This document shows positions 1-23,735 of a stretch of 64,000 bases of DNA, piece by piece; position 1 is the stretch's first letter, and every line of letters begins with the position of its first letter. Location: positions 20,398,001-20,462,000 of the forward strand of contig NC_045711.1 of assembly GCF_009834535.1 (NCBI RefSeq), read 5' to 3'. The DNA is from Camelus ferus (lineage: Eukaryota). The position numbers were made by a program, and so were the translations under genes. The notes under the pieces are model-generated. The model was not told where the DNA came from, ran no database searches, and worked only from the letters and a program-made list of their open reading frames with translations.

Positions 1-340
1 GGGCCAGGGGAGCAGCCTGGAGACAATGCTGCCCTCTGTCCCCACCTCTGGCTGTCTCCACTGCTGCCTGACCCAGAGCCTAGAGCCCCACCTGGCAGCC
101 CGCCCACCCCAGACCCAGTTCCTTGTGACCTGGTTATCCGTTCTCGCCCCACCTGGGCTGGCCGCCCCGCTGCAGCTCTGTTCTCTCTTCCCTGCCCTAC
201 TCCTGGCCCCATCAGAGTCGAACTGGATGGAGCCCCCTCACCCGAGCCAGAGAGGGGAGGCCGCACCCCCCCCCCCCCACAGAGCCAGCTGGCGGGCTGG
301 GTGCAACACAGCTGCTGGGTCTGACCTCTGCCTCCCACAG

Positions 341-13934
<13,594 letters not shown>

Positions 13935-13995
13935 GCCGCCGTAGGGCTGCGTGCTGGGCGTCCTGCGGGTGGGACCCTCCTCCCGCTCCCCCCAA

Positions 13996-14016
13996 CCCCC
14001 CCCCCCCCCCCCCCCC
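13996..14016 (+). repeat. C21 homopolymer in the FASN 3'UTR
   Basis: Read directly; exact length is uncertain given homopolymer errors elsewhere in the window. Confidence 0.85.
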
Positions 14017-14425
14017 GCTGGCCTGACGTGCCACCTGCCATGCCGCCAGCTTCCGACTCGGAGACCCGCCCGGTCTGTGAAGAGTCGGCAAGCCGCCAGG
14101 CCAGCCGAGCATCCTGCTCCGCGTGGGCTCTGCCGCGCAGGTCTCTGTCGCTTCTCCTATTTATTGCGACGCCAGGGGGCGCCAGCCGGTCCCCCTGTGA
14201 GGCGGGCGCAGCAGCGGGGCCGGGCCCACGGTGCAGAGTGGGAGCAGAGTAGCCCTGGGCGCCGGGCACCCCTGTGCTCCTCTGTTCGTGTTTCAAGAAA
14301 CCTGATTCAGATTGCTGCTCAGATTTTGAAATTCTCTGTAATTGTCTGTGTAAAGAAACACGTCTGGACCCTGTTTCATTTTTACACCAACCCGGTGGAA
14401 GTGTTCCTGCGGGAGCTTCCCTGTG

Positions 14426-14431
14426 ATTAAA
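14426..14431 (+). terminator. Likely FASN polyadenylation signal (ATTAAA variant)
   Basis: ATTAAA about 490 nt after the stop, in the context gattaaaccgtatgtg, which resembles the recalled end of human FASN mRNA; no AATAAA seen in the UTR. Confidence 0.7.
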
Positions 14432-14659
14432 CCGTATGTGTGCTCCGGCCTCCAGTCGTCTTCCCTCTCCCATCCTGGGCCAGCGCTGGGGCCTGGGGGC
14501 CACCCTCTGCTCCCGGCAGGAGCGGGGGCAGTGCCTGGCAGTGCCGGGCTCCAGAGAGCAGGCTGGACACTCTGGAGGGAGGGGGCCTCTACCAGGGAGC
14601 AGGAGGCAGGTGCTGGTGACGGATCTGGTGGCAGCTGTGGGAGTCCCCCCAGGGTCCCC

Positions 14660-14850
14660 TTATCAGAATTCCTTATTCCTCAGGGAACCCTTGAGTTTTC
14701 TCTCCTGGGCCTCACCTGAGGGGAGGGCACCCACCCACGTTATTGAGAGTAATCTTTACTTGAAGTCACCAGATAGGTGGGAATCACATGGACCAAATAC
14801 CTTCACACTAACACCTAGGCCAGTGGTTCCTTAACTGGCCAAGACCAGCG
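14660..14850. mobile_element. Degenerate ERVL LTR fragment (MLT2-like)
   Basis: cccacccacgttattgagagtaatctttacttgaagtcacc...aaataccttcacactaacacctagg resembles the recalled MLT2 consensus. Confidence 0.55.
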
Positions 14851-15049
14851 GGGGAGACACCATCACACAGGGAGACCCCTGGACCTCTGGACCCCTCCAA
14901 GCCCAGGGGTGAGGTGGACCCACTGGGCCGGGGGCTTCTGGGCAGACGGCAGAGGTGAGCTGGAGCAGAGAGAGGTGGGCCAGGGGAGCAGGCCTGCTGC
15001 TAGGCTTCTAGAAGGGTGTGTTGAACCCAGAGACAGACCAGGGGCCTGT

Positions 15050-15330
15050 CCATGTTCCTTAGGAAGCTCAACACAGTTACCATGTGAGCCAACAATCCCA
15101 CCCTAGTTACAACCCAAAGGATTGGAAACGGGCTCAAACGCTCTCGTGCACCTACACCAGTGTGCATGGCAGCGTCTCATGCACAACAGCTCAAAGGTGG
15201 GTGCAATACAGGTGTTCACAAACAGGTGAATGTACAGATGTGGTCCATCCACATAATGGATATGATTCAGCCTTACAAATGAATGAAGGTCTGGAAGTGC
15301 TCAAGACGAATGAGCCTCAGACAGCAGAGT
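15050..15330 (+). mobile_element. Old L1 (L1MB/L1MC-like) ORF2 3' end and UTR fragment
   Basis: ttaccatgtgagccaacaatccc...atgtggtccatccacataatgga...ttcagcc matches the typical L1M 3' motif series. Confidence 0.7.
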
Positions 15331-15399
15331 GAAAAGTTTTCTGGAGTAGGTGTGTTACTGCCAGACACAGTCGATTTCACAGCAGAGGCTATACTCGGG

Positions 15400-17000
15400 A
15401 TCAAAAGGGCCACTTCACCATAATAAAAACCAATCCAAAGGGCGTAAGGACCCTAAACATTGCTCCTATGACAGCTCCAAATTACAGTAAGCAGAGGTTA
15501 CAGATCTCAAAGGAGGGTCAGGCAGTCCACAGTTAAAGTTGGAGGTTTCAAAACCTCTCTCAATAACTGAACAGGTGGAAAATCGGTAAAGCTATGAAAG
15601 ACTTGAACAGCACAGTCAACTGATCTGATCTTCCCGACACCTAGGGATCACCCCACAAGAGCAGCAGGATCCTTGTCAAATCTGCACGGAACACTTGCCA
15701 CGACAGTTCACATTCCGAGTCCTAAAAGCAGTCCCAGTTCAAAGCAACTCGACTCCTGTAAGATACTTCCTCTGATCACAACTGAATAAAGTCAGGATCC
15801 ACGGCCAAAAAATTCTCTAGAACACCCTCAGATATTTAGGAACCAAATAATGTACTTCCAATAACCCAGGAGTTAAAGAAATCAAAAGAGTAATTGGAAA
15901 GTATTGTGAACGACAATGAAAGCAGCATAGCAAAGCTCGTGGCATGCAGCCGAAGCAGCACTTGGGGGACACCGAAGGCCTAGGTCACAAGAGAAGACGC
16001 TAGTCAAATTCATCATTTCAAATTCTACCTTAAGGAGAAAAAAAAGTGAGGCCCAAACACAGCAGAATAAAGGAAATAACATGTGTTGGAGTGAAAGTCA
16101 AATAAGAAACAAAATTAATGAAACCAAAAGCTACTCTGAGAAGACCAGTCATTTACAAACCTTAAAACAGACTGAGCTGGAAGGAAACAGAAGACAGATT
16201 TCCAATAATGTTAGGAACGACACGGGTGGCGTCACTAAGATGCTACACATACTGAAGGGCTGATGAAGCAGGTATAAACTACTGTGCGCCCACCGGACAA
16301 CTCAGAAAAGAACAGGTTCTACACAAGGCGAAGTCAAGAAGCCGCGGACAGCCTGAACACCCTTGCATCTACTGAAGAAAGTGAATTTGTAGTTACAAAC
16401 CTTTCCACAAAGAAAATTCCAGACCTGAATGGCAAGGTCTAGTCCATACTTAAAAGAAAAACATGACCAGTTCTACTCAAGGTCTTTCAGAATTTTGGTG
16501 AGGAAACCACTCTGAACAAGTTCCAACTTATCCAACTTACATAAGAGATTCTGGGGCTGCCTTGGTCTGCTCAGGCGGCCGTGACAAAACACCAGACTGA
16601 GCGGCGCAGGCGGGCCGCTCAGACCACGTGTGTACAAGACGCAAAGACAAGTCCGCAGAGAAAGGGTCATCTCTTCAACAAATGACTCCGGAGTAACTGG
16701 TTATCTATCTGCAAAAAAAAAAAAAAAAAGAGAAAGAAAGAACAGACTGATCCCTCACAATACACAAAAAAATTAATTCAAAACGGATCATAGACTTACA
16801 TGTAAATTGTAAAACTACAGAACTCCCAGGAGTAAATACAGGAAAAAGATCTTTGTGAACTTGGGTTAGGCACAGGGTTCTTAGATGTGACGCCCAAAAG
16901 CCCAGCCAGACAGGAGATTAAATTATTAGATTTCATCAAAGTTGGATCATTCCTATTCTTTGAAAGACACCGTTAAAAGAATTTATTTAAATTTAAACAA
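15400..17000 (+). mobile_element. Degenerate, internally deleted L1 ORF2 (endonuclease region plus a downstream segment)
   Basis: A-rich plus strand with L1-like strings (gatcaaaagggc, gaaagacttgaacagcac, ctcttcaacaaatg, caaaaaattaattcaaaacggatcatagac); many stops, no intact ORF. Confidence 0.7.
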
Positions 17001-17039
17001 ATTTAAACTAGCTATCTTTTTCTTAGTAAGTTTAAAAGA

Positions 17040-17158
17040 ATTTTTCGGCGAGAGGAGGTAATTAGGTTTATTTATTTATTTGGTTTTAAATGGAGGTGCT
17101 GGGGGTCGAACCCAGGGCCTTGTGCACGCTGTGTTCTACTGCTGAGCTACACCCTCCT
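17040..17158 (-). mobile_element. tRNA-Ala-derived SINE (camelid Vic-1-like)
   Basis: Reverse strand gives a tRNA head with A-box TAGCTCAG and B-box GGTTCGACCCC, then the AAATAAA/CCTAATTACCTCC tail. Confidence 0.85.
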
Positions 17159-17467
17159 CTTTTTTCTTCTTTAATTGAGGCAAAACTGACCTATAATATT
17201 GTGTAAGCTTATGTGATGACGAAACACAGACATATACCACATCTCTCAGCTCATGTGATCACCACGTTTCTGTTGCTGTTACTGTGAGAACTTTCAACTG
17301 TACAATAAATGCAGTCTCGTTGCCCAGTCACCATGCAGTACCTTAGGTTCCAGAATGTCTCATCTTTTTTTTTTTAGTTAAAGGTTTTTTTGGTTACCAT
17401 AAAGTCCGAAACATTTTTTCCCCCACTGTTGACTCTGAAATATTTTGGTCATAACCTTTTTCATTAA

Positions 17468-17603
17468 TTTTTTTTTTCTTTTGGGAGTAGAGGCAATTAG
17501 GTATATTTATTTGTTTATTTATTTACTGGCAGTACTGGGGATGGAACCCAGGGCCTCCTGTATACTAAGCTCACGTTCTACCGCTCAGCTACACCCTCTG
17601 CCC
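17468..17603 (-). mobile_element. tRNA-Ala-derived SINE (Vic-1-like)
   Basis: gcagtactggggatggaacccagggcc...ctcagctacaccctc plus the aattaggtatatttattt tail. Confidence 0.85.
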
Positions 17604-17869
17604 AGGACATCTCACCTTACAGCTGGAAGTCTGCACGCTCTGACCAACATCTGCCTTTTCCCCAGCCTCCAAGCTCCAGCAAGCGCCTGTCTAGTCTCTG
17701 TTTCTGGGCGTCTGGCTTTTTTAGATCACGTACACTAGTGAGGCTGTGCTGTGTCTGTCTCCCTCTCTGTCTTGGCTATGTCGGTTAGCAGAATGCCCTC
17801 AAGGTCCATCCACACTGTCACAAACCTCAGGGTTCCCTTTTGATGGCTGAATGACAGTGCACATCACAT

Positions 17870-17995
17870 TTTCTTTTTCACAGGGGGAGGTAATTAGGTG
17901 TATTTATTTATTTATCTTAATGGAGGCACTGGGAATTGAACCCAGGACCTTGTGCGTGCTAAGCATGAATTCTACCACTGAGCCATACCCTCCCC
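17870..17995 (-). mobile_element. tRNA-Ala-derived SINE (Vic-1-like)
   Basis: ggaggcactgggaattgaacccaggaccttgtgcgtgctaagcatg...taccactgagccataccctcccc. Confidence 0.9.
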
Positions 17996-18287
17996 ACCAT
18001 ATCATATTTTCTTCATCCACTCATCATCTGTCAGTGGACACTGAGGTTGTTTACATTCCTTGGCTATTGTGAATTATCTTTCTTTGTTAAAAAAAAAAAC
18101 TTTAAAAAATACATATATATTTACAGAAACTTGCCAAACAATGTGCAGGATGTGCTGTAAACCCTCCCCTCAGTTTCCCCGGTGATAGCATCCTGCATCT
18201 CGATGGGGCAATATAGACCCCAGGAGACTGGCACTGAGGCAGTCCTCAGAGCTTAGACAGATTTCACCGGTCTCACATGCCTTCCTC

Positions 18288-18297
18288 TGTGTGTGTG

Positions 18298-18332
<35 letters not shown>
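18288..18332. repeat. (TG)n microsatellite, about 22 units, one interruption
   Basis: Read directly. Confidence 0.95.
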
Positions 18333-20227
18333 GGTTGTGTGAGATGTCACCTCACGTGTAGATGTGTACAACCGCCGCCACAGTCGAGACAGAATTGACC
18401 CAAGGCTTCCTTGTGCTCCCCACCACAGCTGCCCTGGCTCCCTCCCCCACCCCCGCCCTGGCGTTCTCTAGCCTGTTCTCCATCTCTACGATTATGTTAT
18501 TCCAAGAGCACTGTATATGTGGACTCATACATACCTTTCAAGATTGGCTTTTTCAGCTCAGCACAGTTTCCCTGAGGACCAGGCCAGCTGTACGTATCGA
18601 AGGTTGCTCCTTTTTAATGCCGTGTGGTACCCATGATGTGAATATAGTGACTCAGTCTCTCCGTTTGTAATAAATCTATTCAGATTTTACATCTGTTCTT
18701 GAGTCCGTTTTGGCAGTCTGTGTGTTTTTAGGCATTTATCCATTTCATCAAGCGTCCAATTACCAACATCAGGAAGGAAGGAGGGGAGAGTAGGGGATAG
18801 CACTATGTAACTGTCAGCATACAGATCTTGCACGTGTTGTGTTCCACCGCTGCCTAAGTATTTACTTTTCTTTGGAGCAACTGTAAATGGTATTGTGACT
18901 AAACTTTCGGTTTTCACATGTTTGTGGTTGGTATATAAAAACGTGATTGAGTTTTCCGTACTGGCCTTGCTGAACTCACTTGTTAGAATTTATTTTTTGT
19001 AGATTCCTTAGGGGTTTCCGTTAAGACAACCTGCCCTGTGCCCTGTTCACTGGTCTTACGTGCCGGTGAACATTTCTTTTGTTCCTATCCGTATGCCTTT
19101 TATTTCTTTTTCTTGCCTTATCGTGCTGGTTAGAAGTGCCAGTACTATTTTGGGTCAGAGTGGTAAGAGCAGGCAAGCTTGCCTTGTTCCTGATCTTGGG
19201 AGAAAAGCATTCAGCCTCTCACCACTGAGTCTGATACAAGCTGTAGAGTTTTCTGTAGATTCTTGCTGTCGAGTTGAGGGAGTTCTCCCTCTGTTCCTAG
19301 TTTGTTGAGGGTTGTTTTTTAATCACGAGTAGGTGTTGGATTTTGTCATCTGCGTCTATTGAGATGATCGTGTGGTTATAGTAAGATGGTATACTACACT
19401 AACTGGTTATAGTTAAGGTAATCTGGTGGTTGTAGTAAGATGGTATACTACACCAACTGATTTTTGGGTAACAAGCTAACCTTGCATTCCTGGGGTAAAT
19501 ATCACTTGGTCTTTTTATATGTTCCTGGATTAAGTCTGCTAACGTCTGGAGGATTTTTGCAACTGTCCTTTTGAGAGATGTCATTGTGTAGTTTTACACC
19601 ATTTCTGGTACCATTTTTGTATACTTATACTATTTTTAAATAATTATCTATGTAATGACCTTTAGTACTGTTCCTTGTATCTTCATATGATGTCACTTTC
19701 TTTATCCTAAAAGATTCGCTTTGGTATTTCACGTAAAGCAGGTCTGCTACCAACACATTCTCCCTGTCTTTGTTTATCTAGGAATGCCTTTGTTTTGCCT
19801 TCATTTTTGAAAGATAGTTTTGCTGGATGTAGAATTATTGGTTGCCTGATTTTCTCTTTCAAAATCTTAAATACTCCTCTGCTCTTTGGTCTCCACTGTT
19901 CTTTAGGAGAAGTCATCTTTCATCTTATTGCAGTTTTCTTGTATCTGATAGTCATTTTATCTTCCTACTTTCAAGATTTTGTGTTTGTTTTCTAGCAGTT
20001 TGACTATGGTGTGTCCAGGTGTGAATATCTTTGTGTTTATCCTATTAAAAATGTGCAGTAATGTTTTTCATTGAATTTGAAAAGTTTGGGGCCATTATTT
20101 CTTCAAAAACTTTTTCCTGCTCCTTTTCCTCATTCCTTTTATCTGGATGTGTATGTGTGATATATGTATGTTAGTGTGCTTGGGGGTATCCCATGGGTCT
20201 CTGAGGTACTGTTTGTTCATGTTCTAA

Positions 20228-20357
20228 TTTTTTGTTAGGGGGTAATTAGGCTATTTATTTATTTATTTATTTATTTTAGTGGAGGTACTGGGGATTGAAC
20301 CCAGGACCTTGTGCATGCTAAGCATGCAGTCTACCACTGAGCTATACCCTCCTACCC
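20228..20357 (-). mobile_element. tRNA-Ala-derived SINE (Vic-1-like)
   Basis: ggaggtactggggattgaacccaggaccttgtgcatgctaagcatgcagtctaccactgagctataccctcc with a (TTTA)n tail. Confidence 0.9.
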
Positions 20358-21849
20358 TGTTCATTTTCCTTCATGCTTTTTTTCTTTCTGTTTCTCAGAT
20401 TGGATAATCTCTGCTGATCTACCTTCAAGTTCACTGCTTCTTCCTGTTTCCAGTTCACGTTTGCTGTTGGACCTCTGTAGTGAAATTTTCATTTCAGGTA
20501 TTGTTTTTCAACTCAATTTCTATTGGCCTTTTTAAATTGTTTCTGTCTTTGTATTGATAATCGCAACCTGGTGAGTCATTGTCATCATATTTTTAAAAAA
20601 TCTTTAACCATGGTTTTTTGTTGTTGTTGTTGTTGTTCTTTGAACGTATTTACAATAGCTGCTTTGAATTCTTTGTCTGCTAAATCCAAACCTGAGCCCC
20701 CCTCAAGGACAGTTTCTACAAACCACTTTTTTCCCCTGTGCATGGCCTACTTACATTATTGTGTTTCTTCGAATGTCTCATAATTTTTTAACGAATGCCG
20801 GGCATTTTAGACAACATGCTTTCGAACCTCTGGACTCTGAGCCCTCCCCGCCTCACTGGCGGGCTGTTCCTGGTGCTGCTGTTCGTTTGCCCATACCTGG
20901 CTTGGATGAACTCCGCACAGCCTGTCCCCTCTGCAGTGTGTGACCCCTGGTAGCTACTAGATTTTTTTAAACACTTTTTTCCCTGCTGCAGATGATTACT
21001 TCCCATGAAGGAAGCACCCTTTGACCCTCACTCTAAAAAAATCCTTTTTTATATGTAAGTCTGGCTTCCTCAGATTTGTCCTTGGATCATTATAGTTCAG
21101 TGGCCAGCCAGTTACTGTTCAGAGATTGTTTAACAAACTGAACCAATAAAGCCTCCATCCTCTGCTGATGGCTCCGTGTATAGGCTAGTTCACGCAGTTT
21201 GCAATCTGGGCCTGGCTTTTACTTTTTGCTTGCACAAAGCCTCATATTCAGCCAGAGAGGAGTGTATAGCTGGGGCCCTTTCTGGTCTTTCCATACTGTA
21301 GGAACAGCCTTGCAGACTACAAAGGGCATCTTACCAATGCCCGCCATGGCTGTCGTAGTCACTGACCTTCCTTGTTAAGTTCTGCCGGGGCTATTGCTCC
21401 AACCAGCACCACGGCCCGGGCAGCTGAGGTCTAGGCCTCTACCCAGTTGCTTGCTACTGTGATTGCAACTGTTTTTGACAAACACTCTTTGGAGCTTTCC
21501 TCCTTCCCCAGTCCTTCTTCCAGTGTCTGTAGGAACTTCAAGTCCTCAAGGCCTACCTTGCTGTGGTGTAATTACCATGGGGAGGGAGCAAATAAAAGTA
21601 GCTGGATACTAAAACTCCAGGGACTCCCCCCGTTCTTACAGATGTTCGATGCTTTCTTTTCTTTTCTTTTTCAGTAAGTGTTTTTCAAACATTGTATGCA
21701 TTTGGTCAACTTTCAGAGTCCTGGAATGGTTGCTTTTAAAAGTTCTGTCCAGTTTCATCATTGCTTTTTTGGGAGATTTGGTCAGCCCTTCTATCTGCTA
21801 CTCCAGAAATCTCCCCCACATACAAAAACTTAAATTTTCTAGTAGCTAT

Positions 21850-22095
21850 ACAGAAAAAGATAGATGAAATTAGTTTTAATGATGTATTTAACCTAACTTA
21901 ATATAAAAACATTATTCCAACAGGTAATCAATACTTTAAAAATTACAAATGAACTATTTAACTTTTCTTCCTGCTCAGTCTTTGAAACCTGGGGTGGGGT
22001 GCCTTTTTACTGCTACAGCGCATCCTCGTTTGGACCAGCCACGTTCAAGCACCGTCGAGATGTGGCTGCTGGCTGCCACGCTGGCCGGGCAAGGA
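21850..22095. mobile_element. hAT-Charlie DNA transposon fragment (MER3/MER33-like)
   Basis: actgctacagcgcatcctcgtttggaccagccacgttcaagcacc...atgtggctgctggctgccacgctgg resembles the recalled MER3/MER33 terminus. Confidence 0.6.
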
Positions 22096-22199
22096 CGGCG
22101 GTTTGGCACCGGGAACCTGCTGCTTTCCAGGCGTGTCAGTGACGCGCGGTCGTGTTGAGGAGCCCCGATCCCCTGGGAGCGTTGGACCCTTCAAGGCTG

Positions 22200-23110
22200 A
22201 GATGGTAAAATGAAACTCGGCTCTGCCAGCGGAAAGACTTCCCCGCCTTTCGGGGCTGTGCGCGGGGGCTGCCGTCAGCCTGCGGAGGGACGGCGGCGCC
22301 CGCTCCCCGGGCGCGCGGGGGCTCGGCGGTGGCTACGCAGCGGCGGTCCGGGGAGGGGAGAGCCCGCCAGGCCCGGGGCCGCCGGCCGGGGCGCTCGCGG
22401 GGGGTGGTTCCCGCCGTAACACAGCGCGTTCGGCCAGGGGAGCCTTGCGGGGTTCCGCGCGCGGCCGAGGCGGGGCTTCAGCGCCGGGCCCCTCGGGAGG
22501 AAGGGCGGGGCGCGCGTCGGACGCCGGCCACACCCGGCTCGGGCGAGGGGGCGAGCCCCGGCGGCCCCAGCCGGAGCCCCGCGAGCCCCGCCTCCCGCGG
22601 TGGGCGGAGCCGACTTCCGACCTCCTTCCGCCCCATCCCCGAGGCCGGCCCTTCGGCAGCCGGGCGCGGTTTCCCGGGGACGCATTTCCCGCCGCACCGC
22701 GGCCGCCCGGACCGCCCTGGCGGAGCACCTTCCGGCGGCCCCGGCGCGGAGCCCTGGGCCCGGCGGCGGCCCGGCGGCGGCCCCGGCTCGGCTGCCTCAC
22801 GGCGCGGCGCGAGCTCGGGAGCCGCACCCAAGGGACCCCCGCCGCACGCCCCCGGAGCTCCTGGCTCCCCCAGCGGGCCCCGCCCCCACCCCGGCTCCGG
22901 AGGGCCCGGCCCCGTCGGGAGGAGCCGCGGCCCGGCTCGGGCGCCCAGGCGGCCCGGCTCGGCCCAGGTAGGTTCCTGCGGGTGCGGGTGGAGCGCGCCG
23001 CGCTGGACGCGCTCATGCGCTGGTGTGTCTGGGCAGCGCATGGGCGGCCTGGGTGACTTCTGCCTGTAACTTCACAGTTTCCGGAAATGTCAGACCTGCG
23101 GCTGGGCACT
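22200..23110 (+). promoter_or_regulatory. CpG island: DUS1L promoter and non-coding exon 1 (donor CAG|GTAGGT at 22967/22968)
   Basis: Very high GC and CpG density, GC boxes, a strong donor upstream of coding exon 2. Confidence 0.8.
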
Positions 23111-23735
23111 TAGTCGACTATTAAACCGGTGACCCTGCTTAGTAATTTCAGAACTAGGTAAGAGAACGCGAAGTCCGTGTTCTCGCAGACCGAGCCTCCC
23201 GCACACCCTGTCCCTCCTGGTCTTTCCTGTCCTAATCACGTCTCCGCCGCCGCCCACTGAATCCTCTTAGGGGAGGATGCCTCCAGCGAGGTTGGCCCGC
23301 CCAGGTAAAGCCCGAGGGAAGAGTACTCTGAGTCCCTGTGCAGGACCACCTGACACCCGGGGGAGGGCGCAGAGTGTGGCCAGGTGAGCGCCTGCACCCA
23401 CCTTGGGCAGGGAAGGCAGGCCTCCAGCGCTGTTGCCACAGGGTGATCCTGCGGTGGTGGGGTCCTTGGGCCTTGCAGGTTATAGCTGCTGCTTATGGTG
23501 GCCAGTTCTGGGCCAGGTGCCAACAGGACATTGCATTCACGTTTCATTGACTGGTCACAGCGGTCCTGCCAGGCAGACATCTTAATCCCGCTAACAAGTG
23601 AGGGGTCAAGGCTCAGAGAGGTTGAGTGACTTGCCCGAGGCCTCCACTGGAGTGGCTTCGAGGACAGTGTGTGCCTGCACCAGCTCTCCGTAGGCCGCAC
23701 CTCAGCCCCTGGTTTCTCCCTTTAGTGTGGAGACC

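Larger units (their letters stand above)
17170..21800 (-). mobile_element. Cluster of old antisense L1 relics (3' ends, ORF2, ORF1, 5' region), interrupted by SINEs and a microsatellite
   Basis: T-rich plus strand. Minus-strand ORF 19707-19916 (FKILKEK...PIILHPAKLSFKNEGKTKAFLDKQ...SRPALREI) is recognisably the L1 ORF1p C-terminus; 18687-18917 resembles an ORF2 segment. Confidence 0.75.

Noticed and set aside
16597-16622. 9-bp inverted repeat ctgagcggc...gccgctcag
   Set aside because: A short hairpin in GC-rich repeat debris; expected by chance and without miRNA-like length.
22210-23109. Multiple long overlapping ORFs (up to 258 aa) on both strands
   Set aside because: Arg/Gly/Pro/Ala-rich translations of a CpG island where stops are depleted; no recognisable domain. 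The same applies to the ORFs at 34523-35350 and 58482-59506.
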